A stretch of DNA of 64,000 nucleotides from Octopus sinensis (lineage: Eukaryota): assembly GCF_006345805.1 (NCBI RefSeq), contig NC_042997.1, forward strand, positions 134,044,001 to 134,108,000. The letters are read 5' to 3'. Below the pieces are notes generated by a model. The model did no database searches. It worked only from the letters and a program-made list of their open reading frames with translations, and was not told the origin of the DNA. Made by a program: the position numbers and the translations under genes. Shown here piece by piece: positions 1 through 12,079 of the stretch (within the stretch, counting starts at the first letter, position 1; the number at the start of each line of letters is the position of its first letter).

Positions 1-10
1 TTATTAAAGA

Positions 11-180
11 AGGTGGCGAGCTGGGAAAATCGTTAGTGCGCCGAGCTACGTTCTGAGTTCAAATTCCGCCGACATCGACTTTATTTTTTATTCTTTCGGG
101 GTCAATAACTTAAGTACCAGTCGAGTACTGGTGTCGATGTAATCGACTCTCCCCCTCCCCCAAATTTCAGGCTTTTTACT
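11..180 (+). mobile_element. tRNA-derived SINE, family A (degenerate copy)
   Basis: Head ggtggcgagctgg...gagttcaaattcc (A/B-box-like) followed by the family body. Further copies at ~1277-1490(+), 2660-2842(-), 6866-7095(+), 25350-25600(+), 46495-46682(-), 54570-54680(-). Confidence 0.8.
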
Positions 181-189
181 CTTAATACG

Positions 190-607
190 CTTTTCACTTA
201 TTTCAGTCATTTGACTGTGGCCATGCTGAAGCACCGTCTTTTTTTCGAGCTCATCGACCCCAGGACTTATTGTTTGTAAGCCTAGTACTTATTCTGTCGG
301 TCTCTTTTGCCGAACCTCTTAGTTACGGGGACGTAAACACACCAGCATCGGTTATCAAGCGATGCTAGGGGACAAATACAGACACACAAACACACACATA
401 CAGAGACACACACATACATACACACACACACACGCACATATATATATACATACATACATACATACATACATACGACAGGCTTCTTTCAGTTTCTGTCTGC
501 CAAATCCACTCACAAGCCTTTGGTTGGCCCGAGGCTATAGTAGAAGACACTTGCCCTAGTGCCACGCAGTGGGACTGAACCCAGAACCATGTAGTTCGCA
601 AGCAAGC

Positions 608-610
<3 letters not shown>
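190..610 (-). mobile_element. tRNA-derived SINE, family B, with internal CA/TA microsatellite
   Basis: Reverse complement of the full copy at 9801-10225. Many more copies, e.g. 10945-11258, 18934-19348, 19698-20090, 42178-42563(-), 50007-50416(-), 51310-51475(-), 53125-53535(-), 62075-62280. Confidence 0.85.
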
Positions 611-649
<39 letters not shown>

Positions 650-650
<1 letters not shown>

Positions 651-1110
651 GAGTGAGAGAGCAGTTCATGCCATCAAAGTGACACTGGGGTAAAATATAC
701 GAAGCCCAATGTACCCATCATGACTACCCGTCTGATAAGGGTACACCAGGCACATGCATCACAACCATATGTGCGCGACATGGTTATCTCATATCAAGAT
801 AAACAGCACATGACCTTGCAGGTGGGGCCCAGTTAGAATTTTCTTCAGGTTGGGTAGCCCATCCCGCTCAAAAGGTCCCTGAATAAGGGTTGTTTAAGGA
901 TGTTGAAAGAACCACCCATGTTTCCAGCGGTGAATTATTCAAACCCCAAAGAATCCCTCTCAACACATGGCTATGATGCTCCCCCACTACTTCTGCTCGT
1001 GATTAGAGATGCACATATCGTCAGCCACTAAGGGACATGCTCAACTGGTTAAGGTCAAACAACTGACAAACAAATCTGTGGTATTGAGCAGAATATTTGC
1101 TGTAGCCCAT
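650..1110 (-). mobile_element. Non-coding (TAA)n-embedded retroelement (family D), 5'-truncated copy
   Basis: Reverse complement of the 3' part of 3058-3610 and 5104-5680; flanked by (TAT)n/(TAC)n tracts. Confidence 0.75.
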
Positions 1111-1113
1111 CAT

Positions 1114-1175
<62 letters not shown>

Positions 1176-1199
1176 CTACTATTATTATCATTATTATTA

Positions 1200-1259
<60 letters not shown>

Positions 1260-1260
1260 G
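1110..1260. repeat. (TAC)n/(TAT)n microsatellite
   Basis: Directly visible. Similar (AAT)n, (TA)n, (CA)n, (ATCT)n and (ATAC)n tracts occur throughout the window. Confidence 0.95.
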
Positions 1261-1686
1261 TGCTATTACTAATAAAGATGGCTAACTGACAGAATGGTTA
1301 GCATGCCCGGCAAAATGTTTTGCGGCATTTCGTCTATCTTTACATTCTGAGTTCAAATTCCGCCGTGGTCGACTTTGCTTTTCATCCTTTCGGGATCGAT
1401 AAATTAAGAACCAGTGAAACACTGGGATCGATGTAATCGACAAGCCCCCTCCCACCAAAATTTCAGGTCTTGCGCCTTTAGTAAGAAAGGGTAATCATAA
1501 TTTTGAATCTTTACTCTTTCGCTGTTAGCACTTGTTTATCGCTGTTGGCTTTTGAAATTTGTGTAAATTTTACCGCTTTTCAGATGTTATGTCGAACGAG
1601 TACTCAGTTGAACCCCAACACCAACGAAGAAAACAAAAACAAAATAAATGCAACAAAAACCAAAGACAAAAGCAACCTCACTCCCG

Positions 1687-1728
<42 letters not shown>

Positions 1729-2061
1729 AATACAAACTGAAAAAAGCGAACGAATTTATCTGACACTCCCATAGTTCGGCTGTTTATTGTGTTGTTGATT
1801 GAAGGGAGAGGAACAATGATCAAAGCTTTCTGAAAACTCTTTTTTGCAGACATTAAAAAAAAAAAACAAACCAAAAAAACTTGAACACCAGCCGGGCTGA
1901 CCTCCACAGTTCACGTGTACGAAGATGTGGGGGAGGGGAGGTTTAAGGAAATCCTTAAATCTAAAAATATCCCAGGTGAAAGAAGTCTATTTGCGATAAC
2001 TAAATACTTTGAACAGGTTTTACTACAATGCACAACTTTTTAAATAAGGCTGAAAATTATG

Positions 2062-2208
2062 CCACGACTACGACAACCACCACCACCACCACCTCCACCA
2101 TCACCAACACCACCTACACCACCACCTACACCACCACCAACACCACCTACACCACCACCTACACCACCACCACCACCACCACCACCTCCACCACCACCGC
2201 AATCTCCC

Positions 2209-2258
<50 letters not shown>

Positions 2259-2260
2259 GC
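2062..2260. repeat. (ACC)n/(TAC)n compound microsatellite
   Basis: Directly visible; source of the poly-Thr/Pro/Gly ORFs. Confidence 0.9.
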
Positions 2261-2307
2261 TGTTGCTGTTTCCCCCACTGTTGATAATGATGATAATAGT
2301 AATGGTG

Positions 2308-2640
2308 AAGGTGCATGGCTCAGTGGTTAGAGCGTCGAGCTTACAATCGTGAGGTTGTGAGTTCGAATCTCGGATCAAGCTGCGTATTGTGATCTTGAGC
2401 AAGACACTTTATTCCACGTTGCTCCAGTTCACTCAGCTGTAGAAATGAGTTGCGGCGTCAGAGGTGCCAAGCTGTATCGGCCCCTTTGCCTTTCCCTTGG
2501 ATAACACTGGTGGCGTGTAGAGGGGAGGCCGGTATGCATGGGCGATTGTTGGTCTTCCATAAACAACCTTGCCCGGACTTGTGCCTGGGAGGGTAACTTT
2601 CTAGCTGCAATCCCACGGTCAGACATGACCGAAGGGGGTC
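2308..2640 (+). mobile_element. tRNA-derived SINE, family C
   Basis: tggctcagtggttagagc (A box), gagttcgaatc (B box), then cttgagcaagacacttt...ctccagttcactcagctg. Related heads at 9417-9660, 10683-10938, 16520-16808(-), 16942-17239, 38186-38512, 41178-41309(-), 50797-50960. Confidence 0.85.
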
Positions 2641-2883
2641 TCAGCAATAGAAATGATTTCAAATTTTTGGCACAAAGCAAGCAGTTGCGAGGGATGGGGA
2701 GTTAAGTCGGTTACATAGATCTCAATGGTTAACTGTAGCTTATTTGATCGATTCCGAAAGGATGAAAGGCAAAGATGACCTCGGCAGAATTTGAACTCAG
2801 AACATAAAGACGGTGCTAACGATTCCTCCAGTACGCCACCTTAATAATCCTTTCTTATATAGGCACAAGGCCTAATAATAATA

Positions 2884-2945
<62 letters not shown>

Positions 2946-3007
2946 GATGATGATGATAATAATAATAATAGATGGCATGCACTGCTCTCGCACTCAATAA
3001 TAGTATC

Positions 3008-3039
<32 letters not shown>

Positions 3040-3057
3040 CGACAATAATAATAATAC

Positions 3058-3610
3058 TGCCCTGATGCAGTACCAGGCAGTGGCTCTCGTGGCTTCTGAT
3101 CTTAACTGATTGGAAGTGTTATCATGTATATTGTTTTGTCTTTGTATAAAAGATGGGCTACAGCAAATATTCTGCTCAGTACCACAGATTTGCTAGTCAG
3201 TTGTTTGACCATAACCAGTTGAGCATGTCCCTTAGTGGCAGACAATATGGGCATCTCTGATCACGAGCAGAAGTAGTGGGGGAGCATTATAGCCATGTAT
3301 TGAGAGGGATTCTTTGGGGTTTGAATAATTCACCTCTGGAAACATGGGTGTTTCGTTCAACAACCTTAAACAATCCTTATTCAGGGACCTTTTGATCAGG
3401 ATGGGCTACTCGACCAGAAGAAAATTCTAACTGGGTCCCACTTGCAAGGTCATGTGCTGTTTATCTTGATATGAGATCACCATGTCGCGCACATATGGTT
3501 GTGATGCATGTGCCTGGTGTACCCGTATCAGACAGGTAGTCATGATGGGTATACTGGGCTTCCTATATTTTACCCCAGTATCACTTTGATGGCATGCACT
3601 GCTCACTCAA
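3058..3610 (+). mobile_element. Family D non-coding element, full-length (~555 bp), in (TAA)n
   Basis: Starts tgccctgatgcagtaccaggcagtggctc and ends ctcactcaa followed by (taa)n; highly similar to 5104-5680. Confidence 0.8.
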
Positions 3611-3612
3611 TG

Positions 3613-3691
<79 letters not shown>

Positions 3692-3716
3692 TATAATAAT
3701 AATGATAATAATAATA

Positions 3717-4084
3717 ATTGATGTATCAATACCGGCAGATGACAACGTGTCTCTATAAGAAATGGAGAAACTTTCAAAATACAAAGACCTGGAAATAGAG
3801 GTAACCAGAATGTGGAATCTAAAAACAGAAACAATTCCTATCATAGTAGGTGCATTAGGCATGATAAAAAATATTCAGACAAATACATAACAAAAACACC
3901 AGGACTTACAAACACATATAACATACAGAAAATTGCACTACTAGGCACTGCACACATCCTACGCAGAACACTTTCCATACAAAAACCATCAGAGCATCAC
4001 AACAAATCACAGCACATACCTAAGGCACACAGAGTTGCGCTCGGTAGTGAAGTGAAAGCACGCTATAAAAATAAAACTACTGAA
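3717..4084 (+). mobile_element. R4/Dong-like non-LTR retrotransposon 3' end (restriction-like endonuclease C-terminus plus 3' UTR), 5'-truncated
   Basis: IDVSIPADDNVSL*EMEKLSKYKDLEIEVTRMWNLKTETIPIIVGALG, frameshift, then NIQKIALLGTAHILRRTL: RLE motif of R2/R4-type elements. Both flanks are (TAA)n. Confidence 0.85.
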
Positions 4085-4249
4085 TAATAATAATAATAAT
4101 AATTTATTCTTTTATTAGCCACAAGGTCTCACATACAAAAGCATTAATTGACATACAACAACATAAAAGACAAAAACGGGACGATACAATGGGTTTTCCA
4201 CGTCTACACAATATAATAACAATGAAAATTGAACAAATTAAAACTCCCA

Positions 4250-4722
4250 ATATCATCATCATCATCATCATTGTTCGACCGTGGTCGAGACAATGGAATT
4301 TACCATGCTACGCCTGACTTCACGGTCCATCATAGCATTACGGAGGTCCTGTTGCTGGATGCCTGTATCCCTGGAGATTACATCAGGGTAGGAGAATGTG
4401 CACCCTCTAGTATTGCGAGTAGATGGCTTCCAGAGGAGAAGAGTTGAAATTGCCCCGTTTTCAGCTCTACAACAATGTCCAGCAAACTGGACTCTCCTAC
4501 CTTTCACAAGAGATAACACAGGTGGTAGTTTCCCATATATTTGCATTTCGGTTGGATGACGCTTCCACGAGAGATTTTGAGCTCTCATAAGGAGGTGAGT
4601 GTAGGTTCCATCCAACCGCCTCTCAAGCTTCTTTGATAACGTCCAGGTTTCTGAGCCATATAGTAGAATTGGTTCGACTGTGGCTTTGAAGATTTCAAGT
4701 TTGAAGTCTCTACTTAGATTTG
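4250..4722 (-). mobile_element. RTE-clade LINE 3' fragment
   Basis: IFKATVEPILLYGSETWTLSKKLERRLDGTYTHLLMRAQNLSWK...RRVQFAGHC; (TGA)n tail at the 3' end. Confidence 0.85.
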
Positions 4723-4729
4723 GAGGCGC

Positions 4730-5040
4730 TTTAAGGTCCTCGTGGAGAAACCAAGAAAAGCCATGGGTGCCTGAACAACAGGGTAAGAGCCCATCTCTTT
4801 TGATTCCCTTTTTACAGGTACATACTCAGAATTGGTCCTTCCACACTGGCCATTCTTCCAACATTCATTCACCTTTCAACAAATTCGTTACAAGGCAATA
4901 CTTCCCTCTCCACCCTCAACTTCCTTTTCAAGTGAAACATGAAAAAGTTGATGAGGGCTTGGCCAAAGAAGGAAGTGTCTATCTTTAGCCCTTGCAAAAT
5001 GTCCACCATCTTACCGCTTTCGCTACAGCCATTAGACAAA
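4730..5040 (-). mobile_element. L1/Tx1-like LINE ORF2 C-terminal remnant
   Basis: Frameshifted GLKIDTSFFGQALINFFMFHLKRKLRVEREVL, resembling Tx1-type ORF2 ends (recognition from memory). Confidence 0.5.
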
Positions 5041-5055
5041 TAATAATAATCATAC

Positions 5056-5103
<48 letters not shown>

Positions 5104-5105
<2 letters not shown>

Positions 5106-5679
5106 CAGTACCAGGCAGTGGCTATGCCCTGATGCAGTACCAGGCAGTGGCTCTCGTGGCTTCTGTTCTTAACTGATTGGAAGTGTTATCATGTACATTG
5201 TTTTGTCTTGGTATAAAAGATGGGCTACAGCAAATATTCTGCTCAATACCACAGATTTGCTTGTCAGTTGTTTGACCTTAACCAGTTGAGCATGTCCCTT
5301 AGTGGCTGACGATATGTGCATCTCTGATCACGAGCAGAAGTAGTGGGGGAGCATCATAGCCATGTGTTGAGAGGGATTCTTTGGGGTTTGAATAATTCAC
5401 CTCTGGAAACATGGGTGGTTCTTTCAACATCCTTAAACAACCCTTATTCAGGGACCGTTTGAGCGGGATGGGCTACTCAACCTGATGAAAATTCTAACTG
5501 GGCCCCACCTGTAAGGTCATGTGCTGTTTATCTTGATATGAGATCACCATGTCGCGCACATATGGTTGTGATGCATGTGTCTGGTGTACCTTTATCAGAC
5601 GGGTAGTCATGATGGGTATATTGGGCTTCGTATATTTTACCCCAGTGTCACTTTGATGGCATGAACTGCTCTCTCACTC

Positions 5680-5680
<1 letters not shown>
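5104..5680 (+). mobile_element. Family D non-coding element, full-length, with duplicated 5' tip
   Basis: Same sequence as 3058-3610; atgcagtaccaggcagtggct is present twice at the 5' end; (TAA)n on both sides. Confidence 0.8.
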
Positions 5681-5711
<31 letters not shown>

Positions 5712-6271
5712 GCTTTTCTTTATTGGCCACAAGGGCCGAACACAAACGAAAAGGGACAATACACCGCAAGGGAAAAGTGCGGCTTAACTTCAAGTATAAA
5801 ATAAAACAAGAACAATTAAAAATCAACGATAAAATTTCCCGACTTGGATCTATGGTGTCCCCTGGCTGGCCCTAATTGAAAGCTATCCTGTATCAGAAGG
5901 ACTGTATACAAAACATGTGTTCACATATTTTTGTATATCATGTATACCTTTTCTCTCATCTCCGCCTCCTTCTTCTCCTTTTCTTCCTTATTTTATGTAA
6001 CTCCACACACACACACACACACACAGACACTCAGAAACTGTTCTTGTAATGCTTTCCTCATCAGATGCCCCTGTGACAAATTAAAGAAATCGTTGGTAGT
6101 AGTAGTGGTGGCGGTGGTGGTTATAGTAGTAGTAGTAGTAGTAGTGATCACTAGTCTATACTATAATGGAGAAAGGTGTTTATTACTTAGGTATGTAACA
6201 ATTACTAAAAGTACTAAAAGAAAGCAATTATTAAAAGGTTGATCGGCTGGAAATATTTTTATAAATTCATG

Positions 6272-6413
6272 GGATCTTTACCTTTTGACCGACAGATTTA
6301 AAAAGTTTTTTGTAACTAAACACTTTCAAACTTCGGACACTGGTAGAATGTGTCATATAAAACATCTTTTACTCTTAGCGTTTTTAAATCTGTCGGTCAA
6401 AAGGTAAAGATCC
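6272..6413. mobile_element. 142-bp MITE with perfect 33-bp terminal inverted repeats
   Basis: ggatctttaccttttgaccgacagatttaaaaa ... tttttaaatctgtcggtcaaaaggtaaagatcc. Confidence 0.8.
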
Positions 6414-7309
6414 AATTTATGTTCTAAGAAATTTCCTATAATTTCGATTTCTCAAGTTTCTTGAATTTTTAAACTCCGATTTTTCGCAAATTTAAATATT
6501 CATTGCCATCCATTGCGTCCAATTCACAAATTTAAACATCCATTGCATTCACTGTGGAGTATTCCACTCTCATTTGCAAAGTCTCTCACTGTTTCTTTTA
6601 AGTTTTCATTCTCTGTTTGGAAAACCGACAGTTTATTCTATTAATGTATACGTAATTTATTATTTACTGAATGAAAATTTTTAAAATACCCGTATAATTT
6701 CTGAAGGCGGGATAGCTGTGAGAAGAACCTAGAAAGTTGGGTAATTACTGTTAGAAGACGAGGAGAAAAAAAGAAGTTACCGACAAGTACTCGAAAATTG
6801 CATCTTATGCACAGTTTCCAGACACTCTATACCACTAAGCCAATATATACACAAACAAGTTATAAAGGCGGCGAGCTGGCAGAAACGTTAGCACGCCGGG
6901 CGAAATGCTTAGCAGTATTTCGTCTACCGCTACGTTCTGAGTTCAAATTCCGCCGAGGTCGGCTTTGCTTTTCATCCTTTCGGGGTCGATAATAAAGTAC
7001 CAGTTTCGCATTGGGGTCGATGTAATCGACTTAATCCCTTTGTTTGTCCTTGTTTGTCCCCTCTATGTTTAGCCCATTGTGGGCAGTAAAGAAATATATA
7101 CAAACAAGTTGCACGAGCGAGTTCAAGTGACATACTCGCGCACACACATAGACACACATACTTACAAATGAAAAGCAATGAATGTGTGTGTGTGTTTGCT
7201 GCTCACTGACGAAACTTTATGCTGCATTACTTTTGCGAGTGAACGGGTCGCCGTTTCAAAGCAAGAAAATATTTTGACAAAAATGCAATTTAGATGCTGA
7301 AGTGAAACT

Positions 7310-7481
7310 GGTACTGCTTAAAAACAGGTGTTACGTACAAAACATTTTAAATGTACGCTGTGTGGACGTGTAACGACACCCTAACCCTAACCCTAACTAA
7401 CCCTAAAACTAACCCTAAAACTAACCCGCCTCTTCATATTGTTACGTAGATTCATCTGGACCTCTGTATTTAAGTAGTGCC
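7310..7481. mobile_element. Merlin-like MITE containing telomere-type (CCCTAA)n repeats
   Basis: 8-bp TSD GTGAAACT (7302-7309 and 7482-7489); TIR ggtactgcttaaaaacag / ctgtatttaagtagtgcc (15/18); ccctaa units at 7378-7427. Confidence 0.7.
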
Positions 7482-7722
7482 GTGAAACTAACGATTTCTG
7501 TGTGTTCTTGAATGGCTTACAAACACCCACGCTGCAATTGTTTTGGTTTCAGCACACGATCTCGGATCAAGTCACTTGCTATGCAAGTACATCTCAGTAA
7601 TTTTTTAAAAAATCACTGGATAAATGCCAGCAATGACCTCAGGCACTCCAATATTTTAATTTCTAAACAGAAACCATCGGGGACAGGGAGTAGGTTTGCA
7701 AAAAATTCAATTCATAATTTCT

Positions 7723-8879
7723 CAAATAATGGAAACACCTATCATGATAATTTTGAAATATCTATAAAACTGTCAAAAGCTTGTTTGATTTTATGTTTTT
7801 TTTTATTTATTTTTAGTGTTGCTTAATATGTTTTGCTAAAATTGCTGTTTCTTTTCAGATATCAGAAAAAGGTAATTAAAATTCATTAAAATGACAGATC
7901 TATCAGACTTTCAAAGAGGTCAAATTGTTGGTGTTCGTATGGCAGGCGCTAGCGTAACTAAAACAGCCGAAATGTTTGGTGTATCAAGAAGTACTGTCTC
8001 GAAAGTAATGACAGCTTTTGACAAAGAGGGAAAAACCTCGTCGAAACAAAACTCTGGAAGAAAACCAAAACTTTCAGATAGGGACCGTCGGAATCTTACG
8101 CGAAAAAAAAAACTGTTTGCCGGGAGCTGCACAAAGCCAGATTTCACGGGAGGGCTGCAATCAGAAAACCACTACTTTCAAAAATAAACGTTGCAAAGCG
8201 TTTAGAGTGGAGTAAAAACCTACGGAATTGGTCCCTAGAGCAGTGGAAGAATGTTATTTTCTCAGACGAGTCATCCTTTACCTTATTTCCCACCTTCGGC
8301 TGAGTATACGTGTGTAAACAGCCAAAAGAAGCATTTTACTCAGACTGCCTTCTTCGAACTGTTAATTATGGAGGAGGATCTGTGATGATCTGTGGGGCTA
8401 TATCTTGGAAATCCGCCGGCCTATGGCAGAATTAATAGTCAAAACTAAGCATTTTATTTGATCAAATTCATCCTATGGTTGCGGCACTATCTCCAGAGGG
8501 AAACGCAATATTTCAGGATGATAATGCACCAATTCACACAGCTAAATTTGTTACTGAATGGCATGGGGAACATTCTAGTGAGGTTGAACATCTTATCTAT
8601 CCACCACATTCTGCAGATCTCAATATTATTGAACATTTATGGCGCATTTTAGAAGAACAAGTAAGGAATCGATGTCCTCCACCACCATCACTACAAAAAC
8701 TGGAGACTGTTTCAGCTGAAGAATGGACAAAAATTCCTTTGGAAACAATTGAAACTTTGTAAGAGTCCAAACCTCGCAGAATTCAAACTGTAATTACAGC
8801 CAAAGTCGGTCCTACCCCATATTAAAATTAATTTGTTTGAAATTTTAAGGTGCTTCCATTATTTTGTCCAACCCATGTA
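7723..8879 (+). pseudogene. Tc1-family transposase pseudogene (D..D36E spacing), right TIR intact and left TIR partial
   Basis: MTDLSDFQRGQIVG (HTH), WKNVIFSDES, FQDDNAPIH, DLNIIEHLW; frameshifts and stops. Right end ...tccattattttgtccaacccatgta; left remnant aaataatggaaacacct. Confidence 0.9.
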
Positions 8880-9800
8880 AATCGGGGAAAATATTGAAAA
8901 ACATCAATACATGCGAAAGTGACAAAAAACGTGCAGGCTTGTCTTTGGATATGCTAGAAACAACACCCAAAAGGCTCTTAAAACACTCACTTTTGCCTCT
9001 GAAAATATTAAAAAAAAAGTTTTTACCGAAAATGCTCTCTCCAAGGTTTTGAAGTGCAAAACAAAATTGGCCAAAATAAGTCCGTAGTAATATGATGAGG
9101 GAGGGGTGTTAAAAAAAAAGAGTTTACAAAACTTTTTCATATAAAGATGCCCACCCACCCATCGTTTCAAAAATGATGAAAATCCCTGAAAAAATTTTCC
9201 TCAAGACCGGGCGGTACTTCTGCTTGTCGTAATAGTAGCACAAATTTAATGTCACTCTAACATTTTTCGGAATTCATTCAAAAAAGTTATTCTTATGAAT
9301 CATACATCCACGCATGACCTTGGTGATAAAATGTGTCAATATATTAACGCTTTCACATTCTGCTTTATTTTTTTTTATATTGTATCCTGTTTTTTATCTA
9401 TCTATATTTTACATGTAGAGGCGCGTGGCTTAGTGGTTAGGGTATTGAACTCATGATCGTAAGGTTGTGGTTTCGATTCCTGGACCGGGCGATGCGTTGT
9501 GTTCTTGAGCAAAACACTTCATTTCACGTAGTTGCAGTCCACTCAGCTGGCAAAAATGAATAATCCTTCGACGGACCGGCGTACCTTCCAGGTGGGGAAT
9601 TTCTACGCCACTGAAACCGGGAAACCGGCCCTTATGAGCCTGGCATGGCTCGAGAAGGAGCATTTATTTTTTTTTATATCTTATATAGTATAATGATTGA
9701 AGATGTGCGAGACTGTACTGTTTATTCTCCCCCCCCCCACCACCACGTTTAAAAAAAAGTCATTTTACTTTGAAGAAATAAATATGAAAAAACTATAACG

Positions 9801-10225
9801 TAGGCGTAGGAGTGGCTGTGTGGTAAGTAGCTTGCTTACAAACCACATGGTTCGAGGTTCAGTTCCACTGCGTGACACTTTGGGCAAGTGTCTTCTACTA
9901 TAGCCTCGAGCCGACTAAAGCCTTGTGAGTGGATTTGGTTGACGAAAACTGAAAGAAGCCCGTCGTATATATGTGTGTGTGTGCGTGTGTGTGCGTGTGT
10001 GTATGTGTGTGTCTGTGTTTGTCTGTGTTTGCCCCCCCCCCCGCAACATCGTTTGACAATCGATGCTGGTGTGTTTACGTCCCCGTAAGTTAGCGGTTCG
10101 GCAAAAAGAGAACGATAGAATAAGCTCTAGGCTTACAAAGAATAAGTCCTGGGGGTCGATTTCCTCGACTAAAGGCGGTGCTCCAGCATGGCCGCAGTCA
10201 AATGACTGAAACAAGTAAAAGAGAG
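9801..10225 (+). mobile_element. SINE family B, full-length reference copy
   Basis: taggcgtaggagtggctgtgtggtaag head; tail aaatgactgaaacaagtaaaagag; short TSD ataacgt. Confidence 0.85.
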
Positions 10226-12079
10226 CATAACGTTTACTTGTATATCAAACATAAATTATACTGTTTAATATTACAAGATTCGCTTCCGTTTGAATCCCAT
10301 ATATAAACAAATAGCGTTTTCTTCGCGTTCGTAAAAAATGTCATAAAGTGATAAAAAAAGTGAGTAAATTATTTTTAACAGTTCTTATCTATAGAACTAA
10401 ATTTTCAAATTGTGTTAGACTGCGATCAAGCTTGGATACCACCTTGAAATAATTTAGTCAATAATATCATCTCCATTACTTATTCTTCAAGCCTGTTACT
10501 TAATTTATCGTTCTAAGTTGTTTATAAAAATTTTAACCCAGATAAATGAAAAGGCTCATGGATTATTTTACTGATTACAGGATAAACTATAACACAGTCT
10601 TTGTTCAGTACATATGTATGTTGTCAATCTAATTTATAATTTATGTATCATATTTTATAATTTATATATCGTATCTATATGTAGAAGCGCAATGGCCCAG
10701 TGGTTAGGGCAGCGGACTCGCGGTTGTAGGATCGCGGTTTCGTTACCCAGACCGGGCGTTGTGAGTGTTTATTGAGCAAAAACACTTAAAGTTCCACGAG
10801 GTTCCGGCAGGGGGTGGTGGCGATCCCTGCTGTACTTAGCCAGCGGGGTGGCGTCATTTGAAGGCTAAAACAATGCGAAGTGCATTGTAACCAGCGATGT
10901 GTAGCAACATCGGATAGCCTGGTCGGTCACGGTGATCAATATGTATGAGTAGCTTGCTTACCAACCACATGGTCCCGGGTTCAGTCCCACTGCGTGACAC
11001 CTTAAGCAAGTGTCTTCTACTATAGACCAAAGCCTTCTGAATGGATTTAGTAGACGGAAACTGGAAGAAGCCCGTCGTATATGAATATATGTATATGTAT
11101 GTGTGTGTATATATTTGTGTGTCTGTGTTTGTCCCCCCCAAACTGGTTCGGCAAAAAAGTAACCGATAGAATAAGTACTAGGCTTACAAAGAATAAATCC
11201 TGTGGTCGATTTGCTCGACTAAAGGCGGTGCTCCAGCATGGCCGCAGTCAAATGACTTGGGTTGAGTTTGAACTCAGAACGTAGCGACGGGCTAACTATT
11301 CTGCCAGCTCACCCTTCTCCTAATGTCATTAGCTTGATCAACTAATCTTTGCTCAGTCCCTTTAAATATACCCCTCTCTACCCCACATGTTAACATCCGT
11401 TTTCTATAGTCCGTTCTTTTAGCTTCTCTTTCTAAGTAGTGCTGTATCACTATCCTGTTTTCTTCCTTCTCCTTGCTCTATTATCTGTTGATGCTGCATT
11501 AGGATAGCAATTGTGGTCAATCTGCTTCTTTAATAAACACACACACACCAAAAAATATAGAAAACACAATCACACCTATAGCAAGATACACCTATAGCAA
11601 TACCAACCCCTGCAGCACCACAATAGTCATTACATTCCCTGCTTTCACAAACAATTCCACCATTACTACCACTAAAAGAAAATACCCTCAGCATTTACTA
11701 GCAGTAACCCACTAAAATAAAATGCCCTCAACATTAACCAGCCACAAAACTTCGTGCTAGTGAGGAGGGGGCCAAAAATATTATTGGCCCTTATAGCACG
11801 AAGGAAGGACATCGAGAGAAAGAGAGTGAGATCTTCGGCACCATCACTAGAAACAATGATGATGGAGCGGATGTCTCTGAAAACATAAAAATATTAGTGG
11901 CAGGCTTTCCTCGCGACGTGGGAACCCCTAATGTAAAATCCACGCGTAGATTTCTAAGGAGGTTCCCAAAGAAACCCCAACAAGTTATGGAGGTTAAACT
12001 ACCTGATCTCCAGCGGAATCCAGATGGTAAGTAGACCCCTTTATTTCTTTTCCAAACCCTTTCTGACTACCAAGGCGTG

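Noticed and set aside
2028-2402. Pro/Thr/Gly-rich ORFs resembling extensin or mucin
   Set aside because: Translation of (ACC)n/(TAC)n microsatellite running into a SINE.
3058-3125. Ribozyme at the 5' end of family D
   Set aside because: I could not build a complete hammerhead or HDV fold by eye; left as a test to run.
7378-7427. Ancient telomere fusion site
   Set aside because: The repeats are short and lie inside a TIR/TSD-bounded MITE.
9417-9490. tRNA genes at SINE heads (also 2308, 16942, 38188, 50797)
   Set aside because: A/B boxes are present, but acceptor stems are incomplete and the sequence continues into SINE bodies.
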